From: Desulfamplus sp. | GTDB lineage: Bacteria > Desulfobacterota > Desulfobacteria > Desulfobacterales > Desulfobacteraceae | Assembly (NCBI GenBank): GCA_015232465.1 | Contig: JADFZO010000006.1 | Span: forward strand, 63 to 64,062 | Reading direction: 5' to 3' | DNA: 64,000 nucleotides | In this document: positions 1 to 9,833 of the stretch, piece after piece | How the letters are laid out: every line of letters starts with the position of its first letter | Position numbering within the stretch: position 1 is the first letter of the stretch | Notes under the pieces: generated by a model | Database searches by the model: none | The model's input: only the letters and a program-made list of their open reading frames with translations | Told to the model about the DNA's origin: nothing | Translations under genes and position numbers: made by a program

Positions 1-22
1 TTTAGAGGAGAGATAGACAAAG

Positions 23-1354
23 ATGAAGAGTTCAATAGATGTAATTTCAAAAGATTTAAGAGTGTTATACAAATCAGTCTTTACAGTAGCCCTTGTTATG
101 CTATTTAGCGGCACCGCCTTTGCAGAAGAGGCAGCAATAAATACTGGTGATACAGCATGGATACTTGTTGCAACTGCTTTGGTTATGGTTATGACACCTG
201 CTGGACTGGCACTATTTTATGGTGGAATGTCTCGCTATAAAAACCTTTTGAACACATACGCAATGACATTTATGGCTTACTGTGTTGGTAGCGTTGTATG
301 GGTAGTTTGGGGATACACAATTGCATTTGGTCCTGATATGGGCGGAATATTGGGAGGTTTTGACTACATACTACTTTCTGGGATAACCCCTGCTGCTATT
401 ACTGGCACAATCCCAACTTTGGTCTTTGCTCTATTTCAGATGACTTTTGCCTGCATTACAGTTGCACTTGTCATTGGCTCTGTAGTTGATAGAATGAAGT
501 TTTCATCATGGCTTTTATTTATAGTTCTTTGGATTACAGTTGTCTATTGCCCTGTTGCACACTGGGTATGGGGCGGAGGTTGGATGGCTACAATGGGTGC
601 TCTTGATTATGCTGGAGGCAATGTCGTCCATATAAACGCTGGTGTTGCTGGGCTTGTTCTTGCGTTAGTTTTGGGTAAAAGGGTTGGATATGGCTCTGAG
701 GTTATGTTCCCTTCAAGTATAGCTCTTACTGCACTTGGAGCAGGACTCTTGTGGTTTGGGTGGTTTGGATTTAATGCTGGTAGCAGACTTGCGGCTGACG
801 GGGTTGCGGCATCTGCATTTTTAGTAACCAACACTGCTGCTGCTGCTGGAGCAATCGCATGGATGTCTGCTGAGTGGTACCACTCTAAAAAGCCAACTCT
901 ACTTGGAATTGCATCTGGTGTTGTGGCTGGACTTGTTGCAATCACCCCGGCATCTGGATTTGTTAATCTTGGCTCATCAATCATAATTGGTCTTATTGCT
1001 GGTATTATAGGTTTTATTAGCGTTGCAATCTTAAAACGTAAAATGGGATATGATGACTCTTTAGATGCCTTTGGAGTTCATGGTGTGTGCGGAATATGGG
1101 GGGCAATTGCAACTGGAATTTTTGCTGATCCATCAATTACTGCAGGGGCAACTGGTCTTATTTATGGCAATCCTGGACAGGTATGGACACAATTGATCTC
1201 AATAGTTGCTACTGCTGCATATAGCGGAGTTGCCACACTGATTGTTATCTATATCACACGTATATTAACCTCTGGTTTGAGGGTGAATAAAGATGATGAA
1301 ATCACAGGTCTTGATAGCTCAATTCATGGCGAGAGAGCTTTTGAGATATTTTAA
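23..1354 (+). CDS. amtB: Ammonium transporter (Amt family)
   Basis: Motifs GDTAW, FQMTFA, DYAGGNVVH, WFGWFGFNAGS, DDSLDAFGVHG; multiple TM helices; GAGGAG RBS upstream. Confidence 0.97.
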   Translation: MKSSIDVISKDLRVLYKSVFTVALVMLFSGTAFAEEAAINTGDTAWILVATALVMVMTPAGLALFYGGMSRYKNLLNTYAMTFMAYCVGSVVWVVWGYTIAFGPDMGGILGGFDYILLSGITPAAITGTIPTLVFALFQMTFACITVALVIGSVVDRMKFSSWLLFIVLWITVVYCPVAHWVWGGGWMATMGALDYAGGNVVHINAGVAGLVLALVLGKRVGYGSEVMFPSSIALTALGAGLLWFGWFGFNAGSRLAADGVAASAFLVTNTAAAAGAIAWMSAEWYHSKKPTLLGIASGVVAGLVAITPASGFVNLGSSIIIGLIAGIIGFISVAILKRKMGYDDSLDAFGVHGVCGIWGAIATGIFADPSITAGATGLIYGNPGQVWTQLISIVATAAYSGVATLIVIYITRILTSGLRVNKDDEITGLDSSIHGERAFEIF

Positions 1355-1388
1355 TTTAGTATGATTTAAACAAAATTCCCTCCCTTTA

Positions 1389-1433
1389 GCCTTTTTGTAG
1401 GGGTGCAACAGAGGCTGCCCCTTACAAAAAGGC
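1389..1433. repeat. Inverted repeat / REP-like hairpin, possible terminator
   Basis: GCCTTTTTGTAGGGG...CCCCTTACAAAAAGGC downstream of amtB. Confidence 0.6.
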
Positions 1434-1549
1434 AATCTTCTGTTAGCCCCCCCTGCATATTGACTCCTAATTTTAACTGAGTTAAATTACAATATTTTTT
1501 ATTGCTGATACATTTTAAAATTCAAAAATAGACTACAAATGGTGAGAAG

Positions 1550-2209
1550 ATGAAAAAAGATGGCTATTTTATCCATGAATCGTCATATGTTGATGATGGT
1601 GCATCTGTTGGTCAAGGGACATCAATTTGGCATTTCTGCCATATTATTGCTGGGGCTAAAATCGGACAAAATTGCAATTTAGGGCAGAATGTCTCTATAT
1701 CAAGAGGGGTTGTTATTGGTGATAATGTAAAGATACAGAATAATGTATCTGTGTATGAGGGTACTATTATTGAAGATGATGTTTTTCTTGGTCCATCTTG
1801 CGTTCTTACCAATGTTAGCAACCCCCGCTCTCAAATCAACCGCAAATCGCTGTATGAAAAGACCATTATAAAAAAAGGGGCAACTGTGGGGGCAAATGCT
1901 ACTGTTGTTTGCGGCGTAACTATTGGCAGATATGCTATGATAGCAGCAGGGGCAGTTGTTAGCAAAGATGTGCCAGATTACTGCCTAATGGTTGGAGTGC
2001 CAGCCAAAAAGGTCTCTTGGATAAGCCGTCATGGTCACAGGCTTGAGATTAAAGATGGTGATGGAGCTTATAGATGTCCTGAAAGTGCTCTTAAATACCG
2101 TCTCAACGATTTTGGAGAGCTATACTGCATTGACTTAGACGAATCTGAACCGCTTCCGTATCATCTTTCAACAGGATCAAAGAGCTATGCCTTTTTTAAA
2201 TCACGTTAA
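1550..2209 (+). CDS. Hexapeptide-repeat N-acetyltransferase, WbpD/WlbB-like
   Basis: [43 protein letters not shown] left-handed beta-helix pattern. Confidence 0.88.
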   Translation: MKKDGYFIHESSYVDDGASVGQGTSIWHFCHIIAGAKIGQNCNLGQNVSISRGVVIGDNVKIQNNVSVYEGTIIEDDVFLGPSCVLTNVSNPRSQINRKSLYEKTIIKKGATVGANATVVCGVTIGRYAMIAAGAVVSKDVPDYCLMVGVPAKKVSWISRHGHRLEIKDGDGAYRCPESALKYRLNDFGELYCIDLDESEPLPYHLSTGSKSYAFFKSR

Positions 2210-2335
2210 GAGGCTATTGAGTTTTAAGATTTATATTGATATGTAATGTAATTATTTAAATCAAAAGCAAAAGTTTATAGTGTGTTGAAATCTTAAAATT
2301 TATTAAGTAGGCGTTAATAGGAGCGAAAAACAAAA

Positions 2336-3541
2336 ATGAAACAACCTGAAATAGACTATTGGATTACCTGTATGCTGGAGACCTTTGGCAATGTCTCTGA
2401 CCTTAATGTTACGGTCGGTAAGGCATTGCAGGTTGAATCTTCTGGACAACTCACTGACATTCCAGTTGTGCCAGAGGTTTTGGAGCTTACTCCTTTTCAG
2501 GCAGAGGTCTTTGCCTTAAACCTTATTGGTGGCGACCAACGGCTTCTTGAAGACCTTGTAACTCGAGGCTCATGCGATTTATCCTATTGGCTTGGGAACA
2601 AGGCAAGATTTAGAGTAAACATATTTAAGCAAAAAAACCATCTTACAACCATCTTGCGAAAACTTGAGACCACAATTCCAAGTATCCAAAAATTGGGATT
2701 GCCCCCAATTTTTCATAAAATGGCTGAGGAGAAAAATGGTCTTATTCTTGTTACAGGATCAACAGGATCAGGAAAGTCAACTACACTTGCAGCCTTATTA
2801 AATGAGATTAACGAGAAAAAATCTATCCATGTTGTAACTCTTGAAGACCCTGTTGAGTTTGTCCACCCTCATAAAAAGGCAACTTTTAATCAGCGTGAAC
2901 TTGGAAACGATTACGACTCATTTGCAACTGGACTTAGGGCTGCACTTCGCCAAGCACCAAAAGTTATACTTGTTGGTGAGATGAGAGATAGAGAGACAAT
3001 GGAGATTGGTCTTGCTGCTGCTGAGACTGGACACCTTGTTGTGAGCACGCTTCACACTGTTGATGCTGGTCAAACAATCAACAGAATACTTGGTATGTTT
3101 GAGCAAGAGGAGCAAGAGCAGATTCGTAACAGACTTTCTGATACTATCAGATTTATTGTGTGTCAACGCCTTTTACCTAAAGTTGGGGGGGGAAGAGTTG
3201 CAGCTCTTGAGATTATGGGTATGAACCTTAGAGTTAAAGATGTAATTCTAAATGGCGAATCTGAGGGCAAGACCTACAGCGATATAATCTCCAACAGCAC
3301 AGCATTTGGTATGCAGACCTTTGATCAGAACATTTTAAATCTATTTAAAGATGGACTAATAACTGAAGAGACAGCTTTTGCATACTGTTCGCAAAAAAAT
3401 GCCCTCTCACGAGGCTTAGATGTGCTAAAACGACAACGTGGTGAAAAGACAACAGATATTGATGGTCTTACAATTGATTGGAGAAAAGATGAAGAGGAGG
3501 CAAAGCCTGAAGGGGCTGAACAGACTCCTTCACCAGAATAA
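2336..3541 (+). CDS. PilT/PilU family type IV pilus ATPase
   Basis: Walker A GSTGSGKSTT, TLEDPVE, LRQAPKVILVGEMRD, AAETGHLVVSTLHT, GMQTFDQ. Confidence 0.93.
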   Translation: MKQPEIDYWITCMLETFGNVSDLNVTVGKALQVESSGQLTDIPVVPEVLELTPFQAEVFALNLIGGDQRLLEDLVTRGSCDLSYWLGNKARFRVNIFKQKNHLTTILRKLETTIPSIQKLGLPPIFHKMAEEKNGLILVTGSTGSGKSTTLAALLNEINEKKSIHVVTLEDPVEFVHPHKKATFNQRELGNDYDSFATGLRAALRQAPKVILVGEMRDRETMEIGLAAAETGHLVVSTLHTVDAGQTINRILGMFEQEEQEQIRNRLSDTIRFIVCQRLLPKVGGGRVAALEIMGMNLRVKDVILNGESEGKTYSDIISNSTAFGMQTFDQNILNLFKDGLITEETAFAYCSQKNALSRGLDVLKRQRGEKTTDIDGLTIDWRKDEEEAKPEGAEQTPSPE

Positions 3542-3681
3542 TCTCTCTAAAATAACTAATTGAATATAAAGCTCATTTTGTTTTTATCAGCTTCTTTTTA
3601 TCTTTTATCAGCGTCAAATTTTTATGGCAGTTTAATTGATTTTAAAGATTTAAAATTAACTAAAATAAGGATTAAAATATC

Positions 3682-4470
3682 ATGATTTCAGCATGTCCTC
3701 ATTGCAGTCAAAATCTTAACCTTTCAGATGCAAATAGAGAGAGAATCGTAACAGCTCTTAGCAAACTACCGCAAGGTCAGACATTAAAATTTAAATGCCC
3801 AATCTGTAAAGAGGTAATAGAGCTAAACTCTGATGGTTCAACCTCAACTACAGCAGCGGCTAACCTATCTATGCCTCAACCTCATACTGAATCAGGTTCA
3901 GCAAATATTAAAGCAGAGGAAAAAACATCTCCTCAAAAGTATGCTAACGCAATTGCAGTAAATCTTCCTACCCCGCCAAATCCCCCTGATATTTCATGGC
4001 TTATGAGTGGATCAAATGCCGATAGCAACCTTGTTGAAAATGTAAAAACAGCTATGGTTATTGTGGCTGATCAATCTATGCAAAACATAATCTCTGAAGC
4101 CCTTAAAACTGATTTATATCAGGTATATATCCCGCAAAATATAGAGGAGGCGATAAATAGCCTTAGATTTAAAGATTATGCAATTATTATTTATCACAGC
4201 AGATACGAAGATAAGCCTTTGAAAAATCAAGATTTTCATAAGTTTATCCAGCAGATGAGTATGCAAAAGAGGCGATATATTTACTACATACTAATTGGTC
4301 CTGAGTTTCGCACACTTTACGATTTAGAGGCATTAGCAACCAGTGCAAATGTTGTTATAAACGACAGAGAGATTAAGTTCTTTTCAACCATATTAACAAA
4401 ATTAAAATCAGATTATAAAAAGCTCTTTGGTGCATATCTATCAATGCTAAAAGAGCATGGCAAAGGTTAA
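3682..4470 (+). CDS. Zinc-ribbon protein with C-terminal receiver-like domain
   Basis: CPHC...CPIC at N-terminus, Pro/Ser/Thr-rich linker, alpha/beta C-domain (KTAMVIV...EEAINSLRFKDYAIIIY). Confidence 0.65.
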   Translation: MISACPHCSQNLNLSDANRERIVTALSKLPQGQTLKFKCPICKEVIELNSDGSTSTTAAANLSMPQPHTESGSANIKAEEKTSPQKYANAIAVNLPTPPNPPDISWLMSGSNADSNLVENVKTAMVIVADQSMQNIISEALKTDLYQVYIPQNIEEAINSLRFKDYAIIIYHSRYEDKPLKNQDFHKFIQQMSMQKRRYIYYILIGPEFRTLYDLEALATSANVVINDREIKFFSTILTKLKSDYKKLFGAYLSMLKEHGKG

Positions 4471-4484
4471 AAAAAGCCCACAAC

Positions 4485-5525
4485 ATGACAGCATATTTTA
4501 TAAGAAGATTTCTCTTAATCATACCAACATTTTTGGGCATTACCATCATGGTTTTTGCCATTACCCGTTTTGTGCCAGGAGGTCCTGTTGAGAGGATGCT
4601 CTCTGCTGCACGCCAGATGCAGACAGAAGGGGGTAGCGGGTTGGGGCATATCGCCTCTTCAGGAGTAGAAAACTCAGGACAGCCTCTATCTGAAGAGCAG
4701 ATAGAGCAGCTCAAAGAGTATTATGGCTTTGATAAACCAATACTTACAAGCTACTTTTCATGGCTTACCAAAGTTTTACAAGGCGATCTTGGCACATCAA
4801 CAAGATATTACGATCCTGTATGGGATATGATAAAGGAGAGAATCCCAATCTCTCTATATTTTGGTCTTTTAACAATGCTGATTGTTTATGGGATATCTAT
4901 CCCTTTAGGGGTTGCAAAGGCTATAAGACATAGAACTGCATTTGATAATTTTACCTCAACTATTATTTTTGTTGGCTATGCCATTCCGGGCTGGGTTGCT
5001 GGAGTTGCTCTTTTGGTAGTTTTTGCCTCTCGTATGGATATATTTCCATTAGGCGGTTTTACCTCTGATATGTTTTATGATCTTTCGCCTTTAGATAAGA
5101 TAAACGATATTGCATTGCATACAGCTCTGCCACTTTTTGCTTATGTTGTTGGCTCATTTTCTGTTATGACTCTTCTTATGAAAAATACCCTTATGGATCA
5201 ACTATCTGCTGATTATGTAAGAACAGCTATTGCTAAAGGCTTGTCGTTTAAACAGGCTATCTTTCGCCACGCATTGAGAAATAGCCTAATCCCAATTGCC
5301 ACCAATTTTGGTAATAACATCTCAATTATTTTGACAGGCTCATTTCTAATTGAAAAGGTCTTTAACATAAATGGAATGGGGCTTTTAGGTTATGAATCGG
5401 TCGTTGATCGTGATTATCCAGTTGTTATGGGTATTCTTGCTATATCATCACTTCTTTTTATGGTTGGAAATATTCTTTCAGATATTTGCGTTGCGATTGT
5501 TGATCCAAGGGTTCGATTTAAGTAA
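4485..5525 (+). CDS. Peptide ABC transporter permease (YejB/DppB-like)
   Basis: YFIRRFLLIIPT, PGGPVE, YGFDKP, DYVRTAIAKGL EAA loop, RDYPVVMG, DPRVRF. Confidence 0.93.
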   Translation: MTAYFIRRFLLIIPTFLGITIMVFAITRFVPGGPVERMLSAARQMQTEGGSGLGHIASSGVENSGQPLSEEQIEQLKEYYGFDKPILTSYFSWLTKVLQGDLGTSTRYYDPVWDMIKERIPISLYFGLLTMLIVYGISIPLGVAKAIRHRTAFDNFTSTIIFVGYAIPGWVAGVALLVVFASRMDIFPLGGFTSDMFYDLSPLDKINDIALHTALPLFAYVVGSFSVMTLLMKNTLMDQLSADYVRTAIAKGLSFKQAIFRHALRNSLIPIATNFGNNISIILTGSFLIEKVFNINGMGLLGYESVVDRDYPVVMGILAISSLLFMVGNILSDICVAIVDPRVRFK

Positions 5526-5574
5526 AAATTAAAATAGCAAAAAAAAGCAAAATTGAAGGGGGCAAACAACCAGA

Positions 5575-7062
5575 ATGGCTGAATTTAAACTTGACCAAAA
5601 GAGTCTTGAGCTTGTTCTTGATAACCTAAAAGATGGGATTATTGCCCATGATACTAAACGTAAAATTATCTTTTTTAATAAAGCAGCTTCAAAGATAACA
5701 GGATACTCAAAAGATGAGGTTATTGGACAAGATTGCCACGATATTTTTGGCTCACCATTTTGTGGGGAGCAGTGCTCTTTTTGCAATGCAAACAACTCTG
5801 ATAAAGCCCAATTAATCAACCCAAACTTAGACTCTCTTCAGCAAAATAGATACCTTGAATACCCAATCACAATAACAACAAAAGATGGCGAACTTCGTCG
5901 TGTTGAGATGAGCCTTACTGGCATTGTGGATCAATCTATTTTAAGGGGTATTGTGGCATCTTTTCGCGATATGACTGAGCATGAGAATTTGGCTGCAACT
6001 GCCCAAAAGCTCACCTCTTTTTCTGGCATTGTTGGAAAAGATAAAGAGATGCTCCACCTTTTTCAACAGATACGCGATGTTGCCTCTTACGACTATCCTG
6101 TCCATATACATGGAGAGACAGGCACAGGAAAAGAGCGGGTAGCATACGCTCTGCACAATGAGAGCAAAAGAGCAGGTGCACTTTTTGTCCCAGTAAACTG
6201 TGGAGCAATCCCTGAAGGTCTTGTTGAGAGCGAGCTTTTTGGTCATGTTAAAGGTGCTTTTTCAGGTGCAATAAGGGAGCGAAAAGGCAGATTTGAGCTT
6301 GCCCATAAAGGAACTCTTTTTCTTGATGAGGTTGCAGAGCTTCCAAAGCAGATTCAGGTAAAACTTCTTCGATTTCTTCAAGAGGGGGTTCTTGAGCGTG
6401 TTGGGGGCGAAAAGAGCATTAATGTTGATGTGAGGGTAATCAGTGCAACCAACAAAGTTCTTGCCAAAGAGGTGGAGGCTGGAAACTTTAGAAAAGACCT
6501 CTACTATCGGCTAAATGTGATCCCAATTGAGCTTCCACCTTTGCGAAAAAGGCTAAATGATATTCCGCTCTTAGTTGACCACTTTTTGAAGCTCGCAAAA
6601 AATGATAACAAAGCGGTCAGTGGTGCCCAAATCCCTAACTTCTCAAAAGATGCAATGCGTCTAATGATGGATTACTCGTGGCCCGGAAATGTTCGAGAGC
6701 TTCAAAATGCTGTTCAATTTGCAATTGTGAAGTGCAAACAGAGCCAAATTATGCCATCAGACCTCCCAATGGAGCTAAGAAACATAGCAATAGAGCAAAA
6801 CATTGTGGAATCTAAGCAAGAAGAGGGGAGCAACCCTAAGAGTGATATTGCTCAAGATTATGGAGGTAAACTTGATAAAGAGTCAGTCAAACAAGCACTT
6901 GAGATAACAGGGGGAAACAAGGCAAAAGCTGCTCGCTATCTGCGTGTAGGGCGAGCAACCCTTTATAGATTTATAGATAGGTTTCCAGAAATAGCCAATA
7001 TTGAGATAAATAATCAAATTGACAACAGCTCTTTCATACTTAGTTTTGTGAAGAAAAAATGA
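5575..7062 (+). CDS. PAS-domain sigma54-dependent activator (OrpR-like Cys motif)
   Basis: PAS with C-X8-C-X3-C; GETGTGKE, ESELFGHVKGAFSGA, LFLDEV, WPGNVREL; Fis-type HTH. Confidence 0.92.
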   Translation: MAEFKLDQKSLELVLDNLKDGIIAHDTKRKIIFFNKAASKITGYSKDEVIGQDCHDIFGSPFCGEQCSFCNANNSDKAQLINPNLDSLQQNRYLEYPITITTKDGELRRVEMSLTGIVDQSILRGIVASFRDMTEHENLAATAQKLTSFSGIVGKDKEMLHLFQQIRDVASYDYPVHIHGETGTGKERVAYALHNESKRAGALFVPVNCGAIPEGLVESELFGHVKGAFSGAIRERKGRFELAHKGTLFLDEVAELPKQIQVKLLRFLQEGVLERVGGEKSINVDVRVISATNKVLAKEVEAGNFRKDLYYRLNVIPIELPPLRKRLNDIPLLVDHFLKLAKNDNKAVSGAQIPNFSKDAMRLMMDYSWPGNVRELQNAVQFAIVKCKQSQIMPSDLPMELRNIAIEQNIVESKQEEGSNPKSDIAQDYGGKLDKESVKQALEITGGNKAKAARYLRVGRATLYRFIDRFPEIANIEINNQIDNSSFILSFVKKK

Positions 7063-7118
7063 TGATGTTATCATTTGAAAATTAAAAAAAGACCATCATA
7101 AATTTAAGGAGATACGAA

Positions 7119-7796
7119 ATGGCTTTTGAGACAAAAGAAGAGATTCTTCAGAAAATATTGGAAATGACAAAACCTAATTGCCCCCATTGCAATACAGAGA
7201 TGTCTTTATGGGAGGTGCCTGAAATTAACTTTAGCGATGGTTTAGGGTGGGGCACACCATATATGTTTGTATGTTTTAATGATGATTGCCCCTCTTACAA
7301 TCAGGGGTGGGATAACCTTAAAGAGAACATGGAGCATTACGCATCTTACAGATGTATCAACTCCCCGGGTAGTAGTAATTTTGAGTATATGCCTGTCTTT
7401 AGCCCGTCAGGTGGAAAGGGGCAGATTATCGGAAATGACGAGATAGCGATGAGAGAGTCATTTAAAGAGGCTATGAAGCAGGGTTTTTCACTGCTTACAG
7501 ACTTTTTTGTTGCTGGAGATTGGGACGAGATAATGAAGGTTCTTTTAAGTCCTGAGTATCCTCCGCGGGTAAGATTAAAGGCTGCCCAAATGGTAGGAGA
7601 TATTGGAGGCTCTGATGCTGTGGAGCATCTTGTTAACTATAAGTTTCCAAGCAAGCCTCTTCAGGAGGCTGTTGATAGTGCTGTTCAAAAACTCCATGAG
7701 AGGCACTACACAAGAGAGTGTCCATACTGTGCTGAGATAATCAAAAAGAGAGCAAGCGTATGCAGGCATTGCCAACGTGAGCTTACAAGCTGTTAA
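7119..7796 (+). CDS. Cys-rich zinc-ribbon protein with HEAT-like helical middle, function unknown
   Basis: CPHC, CFNDDC, C-terminal CPYC...CRHC; AAGGAG RBS. Confidence 0.7.
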   Translation: MAFETKEEILQKILEMTKPNCPHCNTEMSLWEVPEINFSDGLGWGTPYMFVCFNDDCPSYNQGWDNLKENMEHYASYRCINSPGSSNFEYMPVFSPSGGKGQIIGNDEIAMRESFKEAMKQGFSLLTDFFVAGDWDEIMKVLLSPEYPPRVRLKAAQMVGDIGGSDAVEHLVNYKFPSKPLQEAVDSAVQKLHERHYTRECPYCAEIIKKRASVCRHCQRELTSC

Positions 7797-7836
7797 ACAA
7801 AGCAGCTATAAAAAGACCATTTAACCATTTTTTAAC

Positions 7837-7865
7837 AAAAAGCCCCTTAGAAAAAGGGGCTTTTT
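7837..7865. terminator. Bidirectional rho-independent terminator
   Basis: AAAAAGCCCCTT-agaaa-AAGGGGCTTTTT between convergent genes. Confidence 0.85.
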
Positions 7866-7894
7866 GATTTTGATCATTTTTTTAAGCAATAAGC

Positions 7895-8749
7895 CTATCT
7901 TTTATGAGCTTGAGACTTAAACCGTCTTGTTATCATCTCAATAATCTCCTCTGCACTTGTCTCAATTGGTTTATTGCTCACATCTACCATTGAGAATCCG
8001 TGTGTAATGTAATATTTTCTTGCCTCTGCTATCTCTTTTTCTATCTCATCTCTTGATGCGTAGTCATAAATATCTGAAGTTCCAAGACTCTCTTGACGCA
8101 ATCTTCTGTGAGCCATAAGCTGATCAACATTGATGTTTAGGGCAATTATCCGCCTTCTATCTATCTTTTTTAAAACATCTGGCATTGGCACACCAATAAC
8201 AAGGGGAACATTTGCTGTTTTCCAGCCCATAATTGCCAAATACATGGCAAGAGGAGTCTTTCCCGCCCTTGATAGACCAATCAAGATAATTTCAGCTTGA
8301 GTAATATTATCAGGATCAACGCCATCATCATGGGCAAGGGCAAACTCAATTGCAGAGACCTGATCTAAATCAACATTTTGAATCTCCCGATAAAGACCTG
8401 GTTTTTCTATTGGCTCACTGTCAAGAAATGTCTGAATCTTAGATAGAACTGGTCCCATAAGATCAATAGTAACAATATTTTGCTCAATCCCCTTTCGAGT
8501 TATATATTTTCTTAAATTTTTATTTACAATGGTGTGAACAATAAGACTCTCTGTATTACGAGCCTTCTCAATAATGTCATCTACCTGAATCTCTGATCTG
8601 ATATGGGGCACTTTCACAACTGTTATATCGTGCTGCGGAAACTGCACTAAAGCACTTTGCACCAAATGAGATGCATTGATCCCCTCTCCGCAAGAGGCTA
8701 TGTATATCATGTGAAAATTTTCATTGACAATTTTTTCAGTAATACTCAT
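7895..8749 (-). CDS. PEP synthase/PPDK regulatory kinase-pyrophosphorylase (PpsR/DUF299 family)
   Basis: AIEFALAHDDG, IILIGLSRAGKTPLAMYLA, KTANVPLV, KPIETSA. Confidence 0.9.
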   Translation of the reverse strand: MSITEKIVNENFHMIYIASCGEGINASHLVQSALVQFPQHDITVVKVPHIRSEIQVDDIIEKARNTESLIVHTIVNKNLRKYITRKGIEQNIVTIDLMGPVLSKIQTFLDSEPIEKPGLYREIQNVDLDQVSAIEFALAHDDGVDPDNITQAEIILIGLSRAGKTPLAMYLAIMGWKTANVPLVIGVPMPDVLKKIDRRRIIALNINVDQLMAHRRLRQESLGTSDIYDYASRDEIEKEIAEARKYYITHGFSMVDVSNKPIETSAEEIIEMITRRFKSQAHKR

Positions 8750-8870
8750 TCTTCTTATCCTTATAAATAGGCTATTTGTGGTTGATTTTTAAATTTTATT
8801 TATCTCAAACAGTAGCCAATTTGGCAACTTTTAAAAATTTTTAAAAACTTAAGTGGGGAGAAGAAGAAAG

Positions 8871-9317
8871 ATGACACATCAAGATAGAGGACACTATGCA
8901 ATGAAACATAAAAATATAGAACAAGATTTACGGATAGCAGCAGCACTTGAAACAGGGGCAATCACAAGCAAAAATGGCAAAAAGACAATCACCTGTGAAG
9001 AGTTGCATCTTATCTCTAAAAATTTGGGGATTACACCAAAAGAGGTTGGCATTCAGGCTGATCTTATGGAGCTAAGGCTCAAAGAGTGCCAGCTTGGTCT
9101 TTTTGGTTATGAGCCTGATGGGAAAAATTTTAATAAAAAGGTTGAGCTTTCAGATATCCAACTTGCTGATATTCAAGCCATTGCACCTGATGGCAGAACA
9201 ACCTGTATTAAATGTTGGCAGGCTGCCCAAAAACTTAACATGAGCCGCTTAGATGTTGGTTCAGTGTGCGAAAAGATGGGGATAAAGATTAAAAATTGCC
9301 AGCTTGGTGCATTTTAA
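8871..9317 (+). CDS. Hypothetical protein with two tandem C...CQLG(L/A)F domains
   Basis: TITC...ECQLGLF and TTC...NCQLGAF; ATG at 8871 after GGGAG preferred over GTG at 8853. Confidence 0.7.
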   Translation: MTHQDRGHYAMKHKNIEQDLRIAAALETGAITSKNGKKTITCEELHLISKNLGITPKEVGIQADLMELRLKECQLGLFGYEPDGKNFNKKVELSDIQLADIQAIAPDGRTTCIKCWQAAQKLNMSRLDVGSVCEKMGIKIKNCQLGAF

Positions 9318-9376
9318 TATCTTTGTTTTATCAATCCATTTTAAACTATTTTACAAATTTTGGAGATTTTCAAAAA

Positions 9377-9550
9377 TTGAACAATTCCGATAACCCTAAA
9401 AATAGATCAAAATATACATGCAACGACTATCGTGAAGAGATGATCCTTGCATCTTTAAGGCAGCAGCTTGCTAATCATGATCTATCTCAAGAGGCTAAAG
9501 AGTCTTTAATCAAGGAGATAGAGAAGATCGAAAAAGAGATGGGGTTATAA
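9377..9550 (+). CDS. Small hypothetical protein (YTCNDYREEMIL...)
   Basis: TTG at 9377 after GGAG, in frame with track ORF 9296-9550; helical charged C-terminus. Confidence 0.6.
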   Translation: MNNSDNPKNRSKYTCNDYREEMILASLRQQLANHDLSQEAKESLIKEIEKIEKEMGL

Positions 9551-9551
9551 A

Positions 9552-9589
9552 TTCGACAAACAGAGGGGTTTGCTCGACAATATTGTCGA
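9552..9589. promoter_or_regulatory. Probable enhancer (UAS) for a sigma54 activator
   Basis: Perfect 16-bp palindrome TCGACAATATTGTCGA (9574-9589) plus half-site TTCGACAA (9552-9559), about 145-180 bp upstream of a -24/-12 element. Confidence 0.65.
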
Positions 9590-9731
9590 AGCTAACCTTT
9601 TTATTTTAATTTTTTACTCTTCTGTGTAATCTTAACTTCCGCAATTATATTTTAAACAAAAGCAATATTAACAGCCACTTACAATAATAAATCTCTATTT
9701 TTTAACCTTAATCAAAAATAAGCTACCAAGA

Positions 9732-9747
9732 TGGCACGCAACTTGTA
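9732..9747 (+). promoter_or_regulatory. Sigma54 (-24/-12) promoter
   Basis: TGGCACGCAACTTGTA versus consensus TGGCACG-N4-TTGC(A/T); one mismatch at -12. Confidence 0.75.
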
Positions 9748-9833
9748 GAAGTGCATTTAACAAGGCAATTGGTCAACATAGAGTCGTTTGATCGATATTA
9801 ATATTTACACAATACAATTTAAGGAGATTTATT

